Position numbers and translations under genes: made by a program | Assembly (NCBI GenBank): GCA_963813815.1 | Contig: CAWFAD010000008.1 | Span: 128,001 to 192,000 of the forward strand | DNA length: 64,000 nucleotides | Reading direction: 5' to 3' | DNA from: an uncultured bacterium | Lineage (GTDB): Bacteria > Krumholzibacteriota > Krumholzibacteriia > Krumholzibacteriales > Krumholzibacteriaceae | The notes under the pieces: generated by a model | Told to the model about the DNA's origin: nothing | The model's database searches: none | What the model saw: the letters and a program-made list of their open reading frames with translations, nothing else | Shown here: piece by piece, positions 8,734 through 19,050 of the stretch | How the letters are laid out: every line of letters begins with the position of its first letter | Position numbering within the stretch: position 1 is the first letter of the stretch

Positions 8734-10215
8734 TTACGGACGCTCGATCCACGAGTCGAGCGAGCTCTCGAGATCGTACTCGCGGACGAGCGCACGCACG
8801 CCTTCCTCGTCGAGCGGCTCGACGACGCGGCGCTCGGGCCACGCGAGCTCCATGACGAGGATCGAAACGAACGCCGCCGAGCCGGACACGGGGCCGAGCG
8901 CGGCCTTGTCGTACGTATCGGCGACGGTGTGGTAGTAGCGTCCGCTCTCCCCTTCGAGACGCGACATCGGCACGACGACCGGCACGCCCGCGAGCAGGAA
9001 TGCCTGCTGATCGCCGTGGATGCCGGGGCGCACGGACACGCCCGAGGGGAGATCGAACGAGGGGAGCGCCCTCGCGAGCTGCTCGAACCACGGGCGCGCT
9101 TCCTCGTGCCCCATGACGCGGATGCCGCTGGGCGTCCCCGTCATGTCGCAGTTCGTCATCGAGCGGCAGCGGCCGAGCTCGACCCGGTGCGATTCGACGT
9201 AGGCGGCCGATCCATAGAGCCCCGACTCCTCCCCCGTGAAGAGAACGACGCGGATCGTCGCGGCGGGCGCGAGTTTCGAAGCGGCGATGGCGCGGGCGGC
9301 CTCGAGAGCGATCGCGGTTCCCAGCGCGTTGTCCACGGCCCCCGGCGAAAGGTCCCACGAATCGAGGTGCGCGCCGAGCACGACGAACTCGTCGCTCGTT
9401 CCCGCGATCTCCCCCACCACGTTGGCGCACGTCGCTTTCCGGTTGTCGTTCGCCATGGCCACGCGGACGACGACTTCCTCCCCCCGCGCGAGCCGCCGGC
9501 GCATCCATTCTCCGTCTTCCTTCGAGAGGCCGATCCCGGGCACCGGGCTCGGTCCGCCGTGCCAGCAGGTGCCCGTCACGGGAAGCTGCCCGGCCTCGGT
9601 CGTCTGAAAGAGCATCCCCGCGGCCCCGCGCTTCCACACGTCCCGCATGATCTCGGAGCGATGGCGCCATCTGCCGCCGGGCATGACGTCGTCGATGACG
9701 AGCGCCCATTTTCCCTCGAGAGCGTCGCCCAGACGATCGAGCTCGACGGGATCGCCGTGGGCGGCGTCGATCACCGCGGCCTCGATCCCCTCCGGCGGCG
9801 TCGAAGGCGTGTTGCCGAGGGCGAGCGCGTGGAGGGCGAATCGCCGCGGGGCGACGACCTCCCCGGCGAACGCTCCGCGGAACCACCCGGGAAACTCGTA
9901 CTCCTCCTCGTGGACGTTCGAAAGCCCGTAGCGGCGCATGAGATCCATGGCGAAGGCGCGCGCTCGCCCCGCGCCCTCGCTTCCCGAGAGGCGGGGGCCG
10001 ATGTCATCGCAGAGGGCGCGCAGCGTCTCCCGCGCCTCGCACGCGGAGGCCACCTCGCCGGCGAGACGCGCGACGCGGACCTTCCGGTCGCCGGCGTCGC
10101 GAGCTCCTCCGGAACGCGGCGCGCCGGCCGCGGCCGCGGAAGCGGCGAGCGAGAGAGAAAGGGCGCACGCGGCGATCCTCAAGGGCAGCGGATGCATCGT
10201 CGACGGATGTTTCAT
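8734..10215 (-). CDS. M28 family peptidase (carboxypeptidase Q-like, PA domain), secreted
   Basis: IGPRLSGS; VLGAHLDSWD..PGAVDNALG; FTGEESGLYGS; GDQQAF; YYHTVADTYDK. Confidence 0.9.
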   Translation of the reverse strand: MKHPSTMHPLPLRIAACALSLSLAASAAAAGAPRSGGARDAGDRKVRVARLAGEVASACEARETLRALCDDIGPRLSGSEGAGRARAFAMDLMRRYGLSNVHEEEYEFPGWFRGAFAGEVVAPRRFALHALALGNTPSTPPEGIEAAVIDAAHGDPVELDRLGDALEGKWALVIDDVMPGGRWRHRSEIMRDVWKRGAAGMLFQTTEAGQLPVTGTCWHGGPSPVPGIGLSKEDGEWMRRRLARGEEVVVRVAMANDNRKATCANVVGEIAGTSDEFVVLGAHLDSWDLSPGAVDNALGTAIALEAARAIAASKLAPAATIRVVLFTGEESGLYGSAAYVESHRVELGRCRSMTNCDMTGTPSGIRVMGHEEARPWFEQLARALPSFDLPSGVSVRPGIHGDQQAFLLAGVPVVVPMSRLEGESGRYYHTVADTYDKAALGPVSGSAAFVSILVMELAWPERRVVEPLDEEGVRALVREYDLESSLDSWIERP

Positions 10216-10320
10216 GCGTATATCCTCCGGTTCGGGGCGGTTTCCGCGTCACGAGACGGAGATGCATTGTAGCCGAAACCTTCCCCGTCCGCAATGCGCG
10301 GCGGGCGCGAGATTCCTCAA

Positions 10321-10349
10321 TTGTTTCACGCGCCGAAATGAGGTATAAT
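10321..10349 (+). promoter_or_regulatory. Putative sigma70 promoter of the C1 protease gene
   Basis: TTGTTT-N17-TATAAT in an AT-rich island upstream of the GAAGGAG RBS. Confidence 0.5.
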
Positions 10350-10398
10350 AGAATTATTATTTGTTATCGGACGGCCCTGTCGAAGGAGATTGCATCGC

Positions 10399-13300
10399 AT
10401 GAGACCATCGATTTTCACGAGGATCGCGGCCATCGCGTTCATCCTGTCGGGGGTCGCTCTCGCCTCCGCCCCGCTCCTCGCCGAGGAGAGCGCGGAGCAG
10501 CGCATCGAGCGCATCAACAAGGAGAACGCCGAGAAGGGGTACCACTGGACGGCGGGCATCACTTCGATGTCGCGGCTCACCCCCGAGGAGAAAAGGCTTC
10601 GTCTCGGATTCATCCCTCCGACCGAGGATCTCATTTCGACGACCTCGACGATCACCGAGCCGGCCGCCGTCCTCTTCGACGCGGTCTTCGACTGGAGGCC
10701 TCTCGGCGGGGTCACCGCCGTGAAGGACCAGGGATCGTGCGGCTCGTGCTGGGCCTTCGCCGGCATCGGGCAGGTCGAGTCCCACATGCGGATTTTCGAC
10801 CAACGGATCGAGGATCTCTCGGAGCAGGCGATCATCGACTGCAATCCCTACGATCAGAGCTGCGACGGCGGCAACGCGATCGGCGTGTACGTGACGGTGA
10901 GGGACTCCGGGGCCGTTCTCGAGACCTGCGTTCCGTACCAGGCGCGCGACGACCTGCCGTGCACGGAAAGCCTGTGCGAGGTCATGGCGCGCATCGCCAC
11001 GTACTCGTCCGTTTCGAACAACATCAATGCGATCAAGACGGCGCTCGCGACGGGGCCGGTCTACACGAGCATGACCGTCATCGACAACTTTTTCGATTAC
11101 TCGGGCGGTTGCTACAACTCGACGACGACCGAGTCGACGAACCACGCGGTGCTCATCGTGGGCTGGGACGACACGGCGTGCTACGGCTCGGGCGCCTGGA
11201 TCTGCAAGAACAGCTGGGGCGAGGATTGGGGCGAGGACGGGTTCTTTCACATACAGTACGGCGTCTGCAACATCGGCTCGTGGAGCTATCAGATCAGCTA
11301 CATTCCGAGCGTCGTCTTCGTCAGAGTCGATTCGCCGGACGGCGGCGAGGTCTGGAACGTCGGCGAGCATCGTCTCATCACGTGGACGTTGGCGCGGCAG
11401 ACGCCCGACTCGATCAGCGTCTACCTTAGCCTCAACGGAGGCGACAGCTACGATTACACGATCGCGAGCGGCATGGAAAACGTCACCACGTACGACTGGA
11501 TCGTTCCCGAGCTTCCGGTGACGACGGCGCGGATCAAGGTCGTCGCGTACTACGGTGGAGAGATCGGCGGATGGGACGCGAGCGACACCGACTTCGAGAT
11601 CAAGGGCAAGCCGTATCGCTACGTGTCGACGACGGGCGGCAACGTCTATCCGTACAGCACCGCCGCATGGGCGGCCCGGGCGATACAGGACGCGGTCGAC
11701 GCGGCGGTTCCGGGCGATTCCATTCTCGTCGCGGCGGGGATCTACACCCGGCCCATCATGGTCGACAGGGCCGCGTACCTCTTCGGCGGCTGGAACGCCG
11801 ATTTCACCGCGCGCGATCCCGAGGCGTACCCGACCTGGATAAAATCCTCGGGGAGCAACGTGTCCTTCGTGGGCGTGGCCTCGGGCACGTGCGGCGTCGA
11901 GGGGTTCCGTCTCAAGGGCGGAGTCGGCACCTATGCCCTGCTGCCGACGGGCGCGGCCTACGGCGGCGCGATCTTCAGCTATCTCGCCTCTCCGGTGATT
12001 CGGTGGAACGTGATCGACTCGTGCGGAGTGGCGAGCGTGCTCAACTACAGCGCCGGGGGCGGCATCGCCTGCTACGGCGGCACGCCGGTCATCGAGGACA
12101 ACGTCATCACGAGGTGCATGGCCCAGAGCGGCGGGGGCATTTATCTCTACGAGACGAGCGCCGCGATCCGCCGCAACACGATCTCTGGGTGCGCGCCGAA
12201 CGTCGAGTTCAACGGCACGAAAAACGGCGGCGGCGTCCACGCGTACCACGCGACGATGACGCTCGAGGGGAACACGATCACCGATAACGACGGATACCGG
12301 AAGGGGGGCGGGATCTACGGATACTTGAGCCCCTGCGAGATGTCGGGCGACACGATCGCGCTGAACGACAGCAAGGACGCGGGCGGCGGCGTGTTCGCCG
12401 AGCGGTCGGCCCTCTCGATCTCGGGCGCCCTGATCCGCGCCAACACTTCGCTCTCGATGGGAGGCGGCGTCTACCACCGGGCCGGCGCCCTCAACGTCTC
12501 GAACTCGATCATCGCGCAGAACCGCTCCTCGATCATCGGGGGCGGCGTCTACGCCGACAGCTCCTACGGCTCGTTCTCGAACAACGTCGCCGACCGCAAC
12601 GCCGGGCTCTACGGCGGCGGCAACGTCTTCTTCGGCAATCTGCCCTCGATGGCGGTCGAGAACAACTGCGTCACGTACGGGTCGGTGAACGGCGTGCAGG
12701 TCATCTCGGCGGCGAACATCGCGTTCCGCTACAACGATTGCTTCGGCAACACGCCGGCCAACGTCGTGACGCTCGTTCCCGACGCGACGAACGCGAGCTT
12801 CGATCCCCTCTACGCCGACACCGCCGCGGGCGACTATCGCCTCCTCGTGCACTCGCCCGCCATCGACGCCGCCGATCCGGCCGATCTCGATCCGGACGGC
12901 TCGCGGGCGGATATCGGCGCCTTCGGCGGCCCAGGCGCCGTCATGGCGGCTCCCGAGTACGTCCGCAACCTCGCCGCCGCCCCGTACAACGCCTCGACCA
13001 TCAGGCTCACCTGGGACGCCGCCGCGGGCGGCGCGAGCTGGTACGCCGTTTACGGAAGCGACGCATCGGGCCTCGTCCCCTCGCTCGCCTCGTTCATCGC
13101 GAGCGTCCCGGCTCCGGCGACCACCTTCGACCACACGCCGGTCTCGGGCTGCCGCTACTATCGCGTCTCCGCGGTGAGCGCGGACGGATACGGCGGCGGC
13201 TACGCCGCCGAGGCGGGCGCCTGCGCGGCGGACGTCGATCTCATCGCGCCGACCGTGAGCGTGACGTATCCCAACGGCGGCGAGGTGCTCGAATCGGGCG

Positions 13301-13860
13301 ATACGATCGCGATCGACTGGGAGGCGAGCGACAACCGCTGGGTCGACTCTGTGAGCGTCTACTTCTCGCACGACGCCGGAGCCACTTTCGAGCTCGTCGC
13401 CGGCGGGCACGCTCCCGACCTGCCGTGCTCCTGGGTCGTTCCGCCGCTGCTCTCCGACTCGTGCCTCGTCCGGGTCGTCGCCTACGATCCGGGGCTCCTC
13501 GAAGGGACCGACTCGAGCGACTCGCTCTTCGCCATCCGCAACTACACCGGCGTCGACGGGGACGATCCCGAGACGCCGCGCTGGACGACCTCGCTCGAGC
13601 AGAACTTCCCGAACCCCTTCAACGGCACGACCACCATCGCCTATTCGGTCGGGGAGCGCTCGGATATCGAGCTCGGGATCTTCGATCCGGCCGGGCGGTC
13701 CGTCCGCGTCCTCGTCCGAGCGGCGCGCGAGCCGGGACGCTATCACGCGGTCTGGGACGGCAGGGACGACGCAGGCCGGGACGTCGCCTCGGGCGTCTAC
13801 TTCTGCCGCATCAAGACCGGAAGCTACAGCCAGACCCGAAAGGTCGTCTACGTGCGCTGA
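10399..13860 (+). CDS. Secreted multidomain papain-like cysteine protease (C1A) with beta-helix, Ig/FN3-like domains and FlgD-Ig/T9SS-like C-terminal domain
   Basis: DWR..GGVTAVKDQGSCGSCWAF, LSEQAIIDC, NHAVLIVGW, KNSWGEDWGEDGFF; GGG(I/V)Y beta-helix repeats; SPAIDAADP..LDPDGSRADIGAFGG; LEQNFPNPFN...WDGRDDAGRDVASGVYF...KVVYVR. Confidence 0.9.
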   Translation: MRPSIFTRIAAIAFILSGVALASAPLLAEESAEQRIERINKENAEKGYHWTAGITSMSRLTPEEKRLRLGFIPPTEDLISTTSTITEPAAVLFDAVFDWRPLGGVTAVKDQGSCGSCWAFAGIGQVESHMRIFDQRIEDLSEQAIIDCNPYDQSCDGGNAIGVYVTVRDSGAVLETCVPYQARDDLPCTESLCEVMARIATYSSVSNNINAIKTALATGPVYTSMTVIDNFFDYSGGCYNSTTTESTNHAVLIVGWDDTACYGSGAWICKNSWGEDWGEDGFFHIQYGVCNIGSWSYQISYIPSVVFVRVDSPDGGEVWNVGEHRLITWTLARQTPDSISVYLSLNGGDSYDYTIASGMENVTTYDWIVPELPVTTARIKVVAYYGGEIGGWDASDTDFEIKGKPYRYVSTTGGNVYPYSTAAWAARAIQDAVDAAVPGDSILVAAGIYTRPIMVDRAAYLFGGWNADFTARDPEAYPTWIKSSGSNVSFVGVASGTCGVEGFRLKGGVGTYALLPTGAAYGGAIFSYLASPVIRWNVIDSCGVASVLNYSAGGGIACYGGTPVIEDNVITRCMAQSGGGIYLYETSAAIRRNTISGCAPNVEFNGTKNGGGVHAYHATMTLEGNTITDNDGYRKGGGIYGYLSPCEMSGDTIALNDSKDAGGGVFAERSALSISGALIRANTSLSMGGGVYHRAGALNVSNSIIAQNRSSIIGGGVYADSSYGSFSNNVADRNAGLYGGGNVFFGNLPSMAVENNCVTYGSVNGVQVISAANIAFRYNDCFGNTPANVVTLVPDATNASFDPLYADTAAGDYRLLVHSPAIDAADPADLDPDGSRADIGAFGGPGAVMAAPEYVRNLAAAPYNASTIRLTWDAAAGGASWYAVYGSDASGLVPSLASFIASVPAPATTFDHTPVSGCRYYRVSAVSADGYGGGYAAEAGACAADVDLIAPTVSVTYPNGGEVLESGDTIAIDWEASDNRWVDSVSVYFSHDAGATFELVAGGHAPDLPCSWVVPPLLSDSCLVRVVAYDPGLLEGTDSSDSLFAIRNYTGVDGDDPETPRWTTSLEQNFPNPFNGTTTIAYSVGERSDIELGIFDPAGRSVRVLVRAAREPGRYHAVWDGRDDAGRDVASGVYFCRIKTGSYSQTRKVVYVR

Positions 13861-13945
13861 GCGCCGCGGAGACCTCGGTCGATACACGGCGAGCGCCGCA
13901 GCCCGATACTCCGGACCGCGGCGCTCGCGGCAAGGATGACGCCGC

Positions 13946-15079
13946 GTGAAAAAGAGGATCGAGTACTGCAAACACAATCTCGGGGCCGAGGAGCTCGGCC
14001 GCATCGAACGCGTCTTCGGCTCCCTCTTTCTCACCACGGGAGACGAGGTCGCCGAGTTCGAGCGCGCTCTCGCCTCCTATCTCGGGCTCCCGAGCGCGAT
14101 CGCCGTGACGAGCTGCACGGCGGCCATGCATCTCGCCCTCCTCGCCGGGGGCGTCCGCGAGGGCGACGAGGTCGTGACGAGCCCCCTCACCTTCATCGGC
14201 ACGCCGAACAGCATCGTCATGGCCGGCGCGACGCCGGTCTTCGCCGACGTCGACCGCGCGACGGGGAACATCGACCCTCGGGCGATCGAGGCGGCGCTCA
14301 CCGGGCGCACGAGGGCCATCCTACCCGTGCATCTGTACGGCCAGATGGCCGACATGACCGCGATCTCGGAGATCGCGCGGCGGCGGGGCCTCGCCGTCGT
14401 CGAGGACGCCGCCCATTCGCTCGAAGCGGAGTGGAACGGCGGGAAGCCGGGAATGCTCGGCGATTACGCCTGCTTCAGCTTCTACGCCACGAAGAACATC
14501 TCATCGGGCGAGGGAGGAGCGATCTCGGCGAAGACGGAAGACGCGGCCGAGCTCCTGCGGAAGCTGCGCCTGCACGGGTTCGACAAGAGCGCCTCGGAAC
14601 GGTACACGAACCATTTCGAGCGGTACGACGTCGACATCCTCGGCTGGAAGTACAACATGGACAACATCCACGCGGCGATCCTCGTCGAGCAGATGAAAAA
14701 GGTGGAGGGGCTTCTCGCGCGACGGGGCGAGATCTACCGGCGGTACGCCGAGGGATTCAGCGGCGTCGATGGGATCGAGCTGCACGCCGTTCGGCCGGAG
14801 ACGCGCCACGCGTGCCATCTCTTTACCATTCTCGTCGACGCCTCGCGCCGCGAAGCCGTTCTCGAGGAGCTTCAGAACCGAGGGATCGGCGTCTCGGTGA
14901 ACTTTTACCCCGCCCACCTCATGACCTACTACCGCGAGCGGTTCGGCTGCCGGCCGGGCATGTACCCGGCGGCGGAGGAGATCGGCTCGCGGACCATCAG
15001 CCTTCCCCTCTATCCCAAGCTCGCCGAGGACGAGATCGATTTCGTCATCGACACGGTGATCGACGTCGTTCGGGGCTGA
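13946..15079 (+). CDS. DegT/DnrJ/EryC1/StrS family PLP-dependent sugar aminotransferase
   Basis: SCTAAMHLAL, PVHLYGQ, EDAAHS, FSFYATKNISSGEGG, GWKYNM, ISLPLYP. Confidence 0.93.
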   Translation: MKKRIEYCKHNLGAEELGRIERVFGSLFLTTGDEVAEFERALASYLGLPSAIAVTSCTAAMHLALLAGGVREGDEVVTSPLTFIGTPNSIVMAGATPVFADVDRATGNIDPRAIEAALTGRTRAILPVHLYGQMADMTAISEIARRRGLAVVEDAAHSLEAEWNGGKPGMLGDYACFSFYATKNISSGEGGAISAKTEDAAELLRKLRLHGFDKSASERYTNHFERYDVDILGWKYNMDNIHAAILVEQMKKVEGLLARRGEIYRRYAEGFSGVDGIELHAVRPETRHACHLFTILVDASRREAVLEELQNRGIGVSVNFYPAHLMTYYRERFGCRPGMYPAAEEIGSRTISLPLYPKLAEDEIDFVIDTVIDVVRG

Positions 15080-15087
15080 CGCGGGAC

Positions 15088-18000
15088 TCAGCGCACGCGC
15101 ACGCGATAGACGATGCTCCCGGAAGCGCCGCTCTCGAGCGGATAGGGCGCCTGGCGCGAGAGAAGGACGCTGAGCGTCCCTCCCGCGGCGTCGAACATCG
15201 CCTCGTCCGGGTCGAGGGGATCGGCCGTGAGGTACACGGGCACGCCGTCGCGCAGCCACTCCACGTCGAATCCCGGGCCGAAGGCGTCGAGCACGAGCTC
15301 GACCGCCGGCGGTAGGAGATCGATGATTTCGATCTCTTGCACCGCCTCGACGCCCGGGTTCGCGAACGTGATCGTGTACGTCAATACGTCCCCGGGCCGC
15401 GCCTCGGCGAGATCGACGGATTTGGCGAGGGAGAGTAGCCCGCTCGAGCTCGCGAGCACGAGCACCCGGTCCATGGCCGACGCCTCCGCCGTGATCGCCG
15501 TGCCGGCGAGCGTCTGGGAGAGCGTCACCGTGATCGCGCCGATCGTTCCGGCCGGAGCTTGCGGCGGAACGAACACGCGCATGACGATCGGAACGACGTC
15601 CTTCCCCGGAACGTCCGGATCGAGCGCCAGATCGGCCGCCGTGATGAGCGAATCGCCCGGACCGCACGCTCCGTCGCCGTCGTTGTCCCGATAGAAGGCC
15701 GCGACCCATCCCGGCGGCAGCGTCGCGGAGAGGGTCGCCTGTCCCGCCGTGCCCGCGACAACGAGATGCGGCGCGTCGACGAATCCGCCGGCGACGCAGG
15801 TGAGATCGTTCGACGGCGTGATCGCGGGGCCGCGGACGTCCGCGAAATCGACGCGCAGCGTCTCCCCCGCCGCGGCGGCCGCGATCATGACCGTATCGGG
15901 CGAGAGCGATATCATCCCCGCCGGCGTGAGCTCGACGAGCGTGCGCGGCGTTCCGGAGGCGGCCTCGAAGGAATACGACCCGTCGCCGCCGGTGAGCTGC
16001 GCGAGGGTTCCGTCCGGGCCGGCGAGCGTGACGGAAACGCCCGTCCATCCTTCCTCGCACGCGTCCCGCACGCCGTCGTGATCCCGGTCGTCGAACGCGA
16101 CGCCGGCCACGAAAGCGCCCGTGCCGATCTCGAGCGTGACGCTGTCCTCGAGGTCGCGCGAGAGCGCGATGCCGTCGATGATGATCGGCGTGCGGAGCGC
16201 GGCGAACGCCGGAATGTACACCTTGACGGTGAAGATCCGGACGTCTCCGGGAACGATGACGCCGACGTCGTACGGCGACGAGTGATCCCCCGAGCCGTCG
16301 GAAATGACGACCGATCCGGCCGGCCAGCCCGCCGGGGCGGACCAGGACACCCGGAACGAGTCGGGATATCCGCCGCGATTCCAGAGCTCGAGCGTCGCGG
16401 TCGCCATCGCGCCCGGATCGCCGAAGACGAGCGCCAGGCCGCCGTCGCCCGAGCCGGGCGGCGCCGACACGAAAGCGCCGTCACCCTCGATCACGAGATC
16501 GGCGCGCGGCGGCATGCTCACCTGAACGCGGGCGCATACGCTTTCGCCGTTCGTGGAATCGAGCGTCGACACGGCGTCGATGATATAGTCGTAGTCGCCG
16601 GCGAGGGCCGAGAGCGGCACGCTGACGGTGAAGGCGAGGAGCAGCGCGTCGCCCGGCGCCACGGAGGCCGTCGTGTAGGGCGAAGCCGAGCCTTCGAGCC
16701 TCGCCGTCATGCCCGGGACGGCGTTCCAGGAAACGCGGTAGCTCTCCGCTTCGGCGCCCTCGTTCTGGAGCTCCACGGTAAAGGCGATCGTCCTTCCGGC
16801 GACCGTGCTCTGGAGCGACGAGCCTCCCGCGCCGGTCCCCGGATCGCCGAATATCCCGTCTCCGTACCCGTCGATGAGCCCGTCGACGACGCGCGGCGGC
16901 GTCACGCGGACGCGGCCGAGCACGCTGTCGACGAAATAGCGCTTGTTCGTTTTGCATCCGTCGATGACGACGTCGAACGTGCCGCCCGCGCAATCGGCGG
17001 GAACCGACACGGTCATCGTGTAGGCGCCGGCGGGAACGCGGCGCATCGTGGAGGTCGAATCGCCGATGCGGACGTCCCACCCCGGCGGAGTGTTCCACCA
17101 GACGTCGAAGAGATTCTCGCCCGACTCGTTCTGGATCGTGACGGCGAAGGTGACGGTGCTTCCCGGAGTCGCCGTCTTGACCGACGAGCCGCCGAGGCCG
17201 GTGCCGGGCGAGGCGTACGCGTTGTCGCCGTTCCCGTCGATGAGAATATCGATCTCGTTCCCCGTCGCGACCGAAATCGACGCCTTGACGCTCTCGCGCA
17301 CCGTGCCCGACACCGAGGACAAGAAGTTGAATATCGAGGTAAACGTGTCGTAGGCCCCGTTCAGGGGAATCCCCACGGCGAGGACGCAGGGGCGCTCGCT
17401 CCGCGGCGCCATGGTCGGCGTCCTCCACGGAAGCGCGTACGTCGTTCCGTTGTCGATGATGGAGACCGTCCAGCCGCTTGCCGGCGGGACCCAGGACACG
17501 GTGAAGGAGTCGGCGACCCCGCCCTCGTTCTGGATAACGATCGGGAAATACACGGTCGTTCCGCGCGTGCCCGCGACGGAAACGCTCCCGCCGAGCCCCG
17601 CCCCGGTCGGATCGATGATGCCGTCCCCGCTCCCGCAGATGACGACGTCCACCTTCGGGGCGAGCACGCGCGTCACGGCCCTCACCGCGTCCTTCTTCAA
17701 GGTGTCGGTGAGGGAGGTCGCGCGGACGAGGCTCGTATAGTCGCCTCCGAGGAGCGACGCGGGCACGTACACGCGATAGGAATACGACTCCGAGCCGCCC
17801 GACGGAACGAGCCCCGAGCTGAAGGCGCCCGTCCGGACGATCGCTCCGTCGAGAACGTCAGCCGTGAGCGGCGAGGGCGTGGCCCAGTCGACCCGGAACG
17901 AATCGGCGTTCGCCCCTTCGTTATAGAGCGCGATCGTATAGGCCACCATGGCGTTCGGCGCCGTCTCGCGATACGATATCCCGCCTCCGCCCGAGGGATC

Positions 18001-19050
18001 GATCACGCCGTACCCGTTCGCGTCGATGACGAGATCGGCGAGGTAGTCCGCGGGAACGACGTTCGTCGCGAGGCGCACGCTGTCGTAGCGGTTCGCGTAG
18101 ACGGTCGAGACGGCGTCGACGATGGTCGAGTAGCCGCCGACCGCGGCGCCGGGCGGCACGATCGCGACGACCTCGGCGCTGATCGTGGAGCCCGCCGGGA
18201 CGGCGGGCGTGGTCCACGGAAACGCGTACGTCGCGCCTCCGTACCGGACCGACACGCTCCAGCCGGCGGGGGGCGTCGCGCTGAGGCGATAGGTGTCCGC
18301 GGCCGGCCCCTCGTTCTCGACGTCGAGGAAATACGCTATCGTATCGCCCGCCTCGCCGCTCCGGACCGAGTACCCGCCGCTCCCCGTCCCCGCGGCGCCG
18401 AAGAGATCGTCGCCGTCGCCGTCGACCGCGAGATCGACCCATCGGCGATAGACGAGCGACACGTTGTCGACATAGGACCACGTTTCGTAGGAGTTGTTGA
18501 CGCTGTTCTCCTGAAGAAAGTACAGCCGCACGGTCTGCCCCGCGTAGGCGCTCATATCGTATCCCACGGGCGCCGCGGCGTTGTCGTCGAGCCAGCCCGA
18601 ATCCTTGAAGAGGTTGTTCGCCTCCGAGAAGGAGTAGCTGATGACCGTGGCGAGCACGGCGTTCGCCGTGTTGCGGATCTGCATTCGGAACGGATCGCGG
18701 TTCGAGCCGTCGTACCCCTGCTGGCGGAACGCGAAATAGAGAGTCGCCTGCGAGAAGTTCGTCGGAATCGCGACGTCCTGATAGATGTATCCATAATAGT
18801 TGGCGCGGGGCTGCGCGTACTTGAAGCCGATGAGGGCCGAGTAATCGCCGCTGCGCGGCAGATCGAGCACGACGATATGATCGGCGAAGCTCTGATCGGT
18901 GGAGCCCCCTACGATGCTCCCCGCGCCGTGCACCCACCCGCCCGAGAAGCTGCCCGTCTCGAATCCCCCGTTTTGCACGAGCTCTCCCGCGTTCGCGCGC
19001 GTCGCCGCGATCGCGGCGAGAAGATATATGCCGGCGACAAACCGTCTCAT
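15088..19050 (-). CDS. Large secreted repeat protein: N-terminal CBM-like jelly roll, six ~120-aa Ig-like repeats, SdrD-B-like domain and C-terminal truncated DUF11 domain (putative tip adhesin)
   Basis: Signal peptide; ELVQNGGFETG...W and YVDNVSL; repeats Dxx(I/V)DGxGDxxxxxxGxGxGG; GVAFDDRDHDGVRD.CEEGWTGVSVTL; LSLAKSVD...PGDVLTYTITFANPG......IIDLLP ending SIVYRVRVR. Confidence 0.8.
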   Translation of the reverse strand: MRRFVAGIYLLAAIAATRANAGELVQNGGFETGSFSGGWVHGAGSIVGGSTDQSFADHIVVLDLPRSGDYSALIGFKYAQPRANYYGYIYQDVAIPTNFSQATLYFAFRQQGYDGSNRDPFRMQIRNTANAVLATVISYSFSEANNLFKDSGWLDDNAAAPVGYDMSAYAGQTVRLYFLQENSVNNSYETWSYVDNVSLVYRRWVDLAVDGDGDDLFGAAGTGSGGYSVRSGEAGDTIAYFLDVENEGPAADTYRLSATPPAGWSVSVRYGGATYAFPWTTPAVPAGSTISAEVVAIVPPGAAVGGYSTIVDAVSTVYANRYDSVRLATNVVPADYLADLVIDANGYGVIDPSGGGGISYRETAPNAMVAYTIALYNEGANADSFRVDWATPSPLTADVLDGAIVRTGAFSSGLVPSGGSESYSYRVYVPASLLGGDYTSLVRATSLTDTLKKDAVRAVTRVLAPKVDVVICGSGDGIIDPTGAGLGGSVSVAGTRGTTVYFPIVIQNEGGVADSFTVSWVPPASGWTVSIIDNGTTYALPWRTPTMAPRSERPCVLAVGIPLNGAYDTFTSIFNFLSSVSGTVRESVKASISVATGNEIDILIDGNGDNAYASPGTGLGGSSVKTATPGSTVTFAVTIQNESGENLFDVWWNTPPGWDVRIGDSTSTMRRVPAGAYTMTVSVPADCAGGTFDVVIDGCKTNKRYFVDSVLGRVRVTPPRVVDGLIDGYGDGIFGDPGTGAGGSSLQSTVAGRTIAFTVELQNEGAEAESYRVSWNAVPGMTARLEGSASPYTTASVAPGDALLLAFTVSVPLSALAGDYDYIIDAVSTLDSTNGESVCARVQVSMPPRADLVIEGDGAFVSAPPGSGDGGLALVFGDPGAMATATLELWNRGGYPDSFRVSWSAPAGWPAGSVVISDGSGDHSSPYDVGVIVPGDVRIFTVKVYIPAFAALRTPIIIDGIALSRDLEDSVTLEIGTGAFVAGVAFDDRDHDGVRDACEEGWTGVSVTLAGPDGTLAQLTGGDGSYSFEAASGTPRTLVELTPAGMISLSPDTVMIAAAAAGETLRVDFADVRGPAITPSNDLTCVAGGFVDAPHLVVAGTAGQATLSATLPPGWVAAFYRDNDGDGACGPGDSLITAADLALDPDVPGKDVVPIVMRVFVPPQAPAGTIGAITVTLSQTLAGTAITAEASAMDRVLVLASSSGLLSLAKSVDLAEARPGDVLTYTITFANPGVEAVQEIEIIDLLPPAVELVLDAFGPGFDVEWLRDGVPVYLTADPLDPDEAMFDAAGGTLSVLLSRQAPYPLESGASGSIVYRVRVR

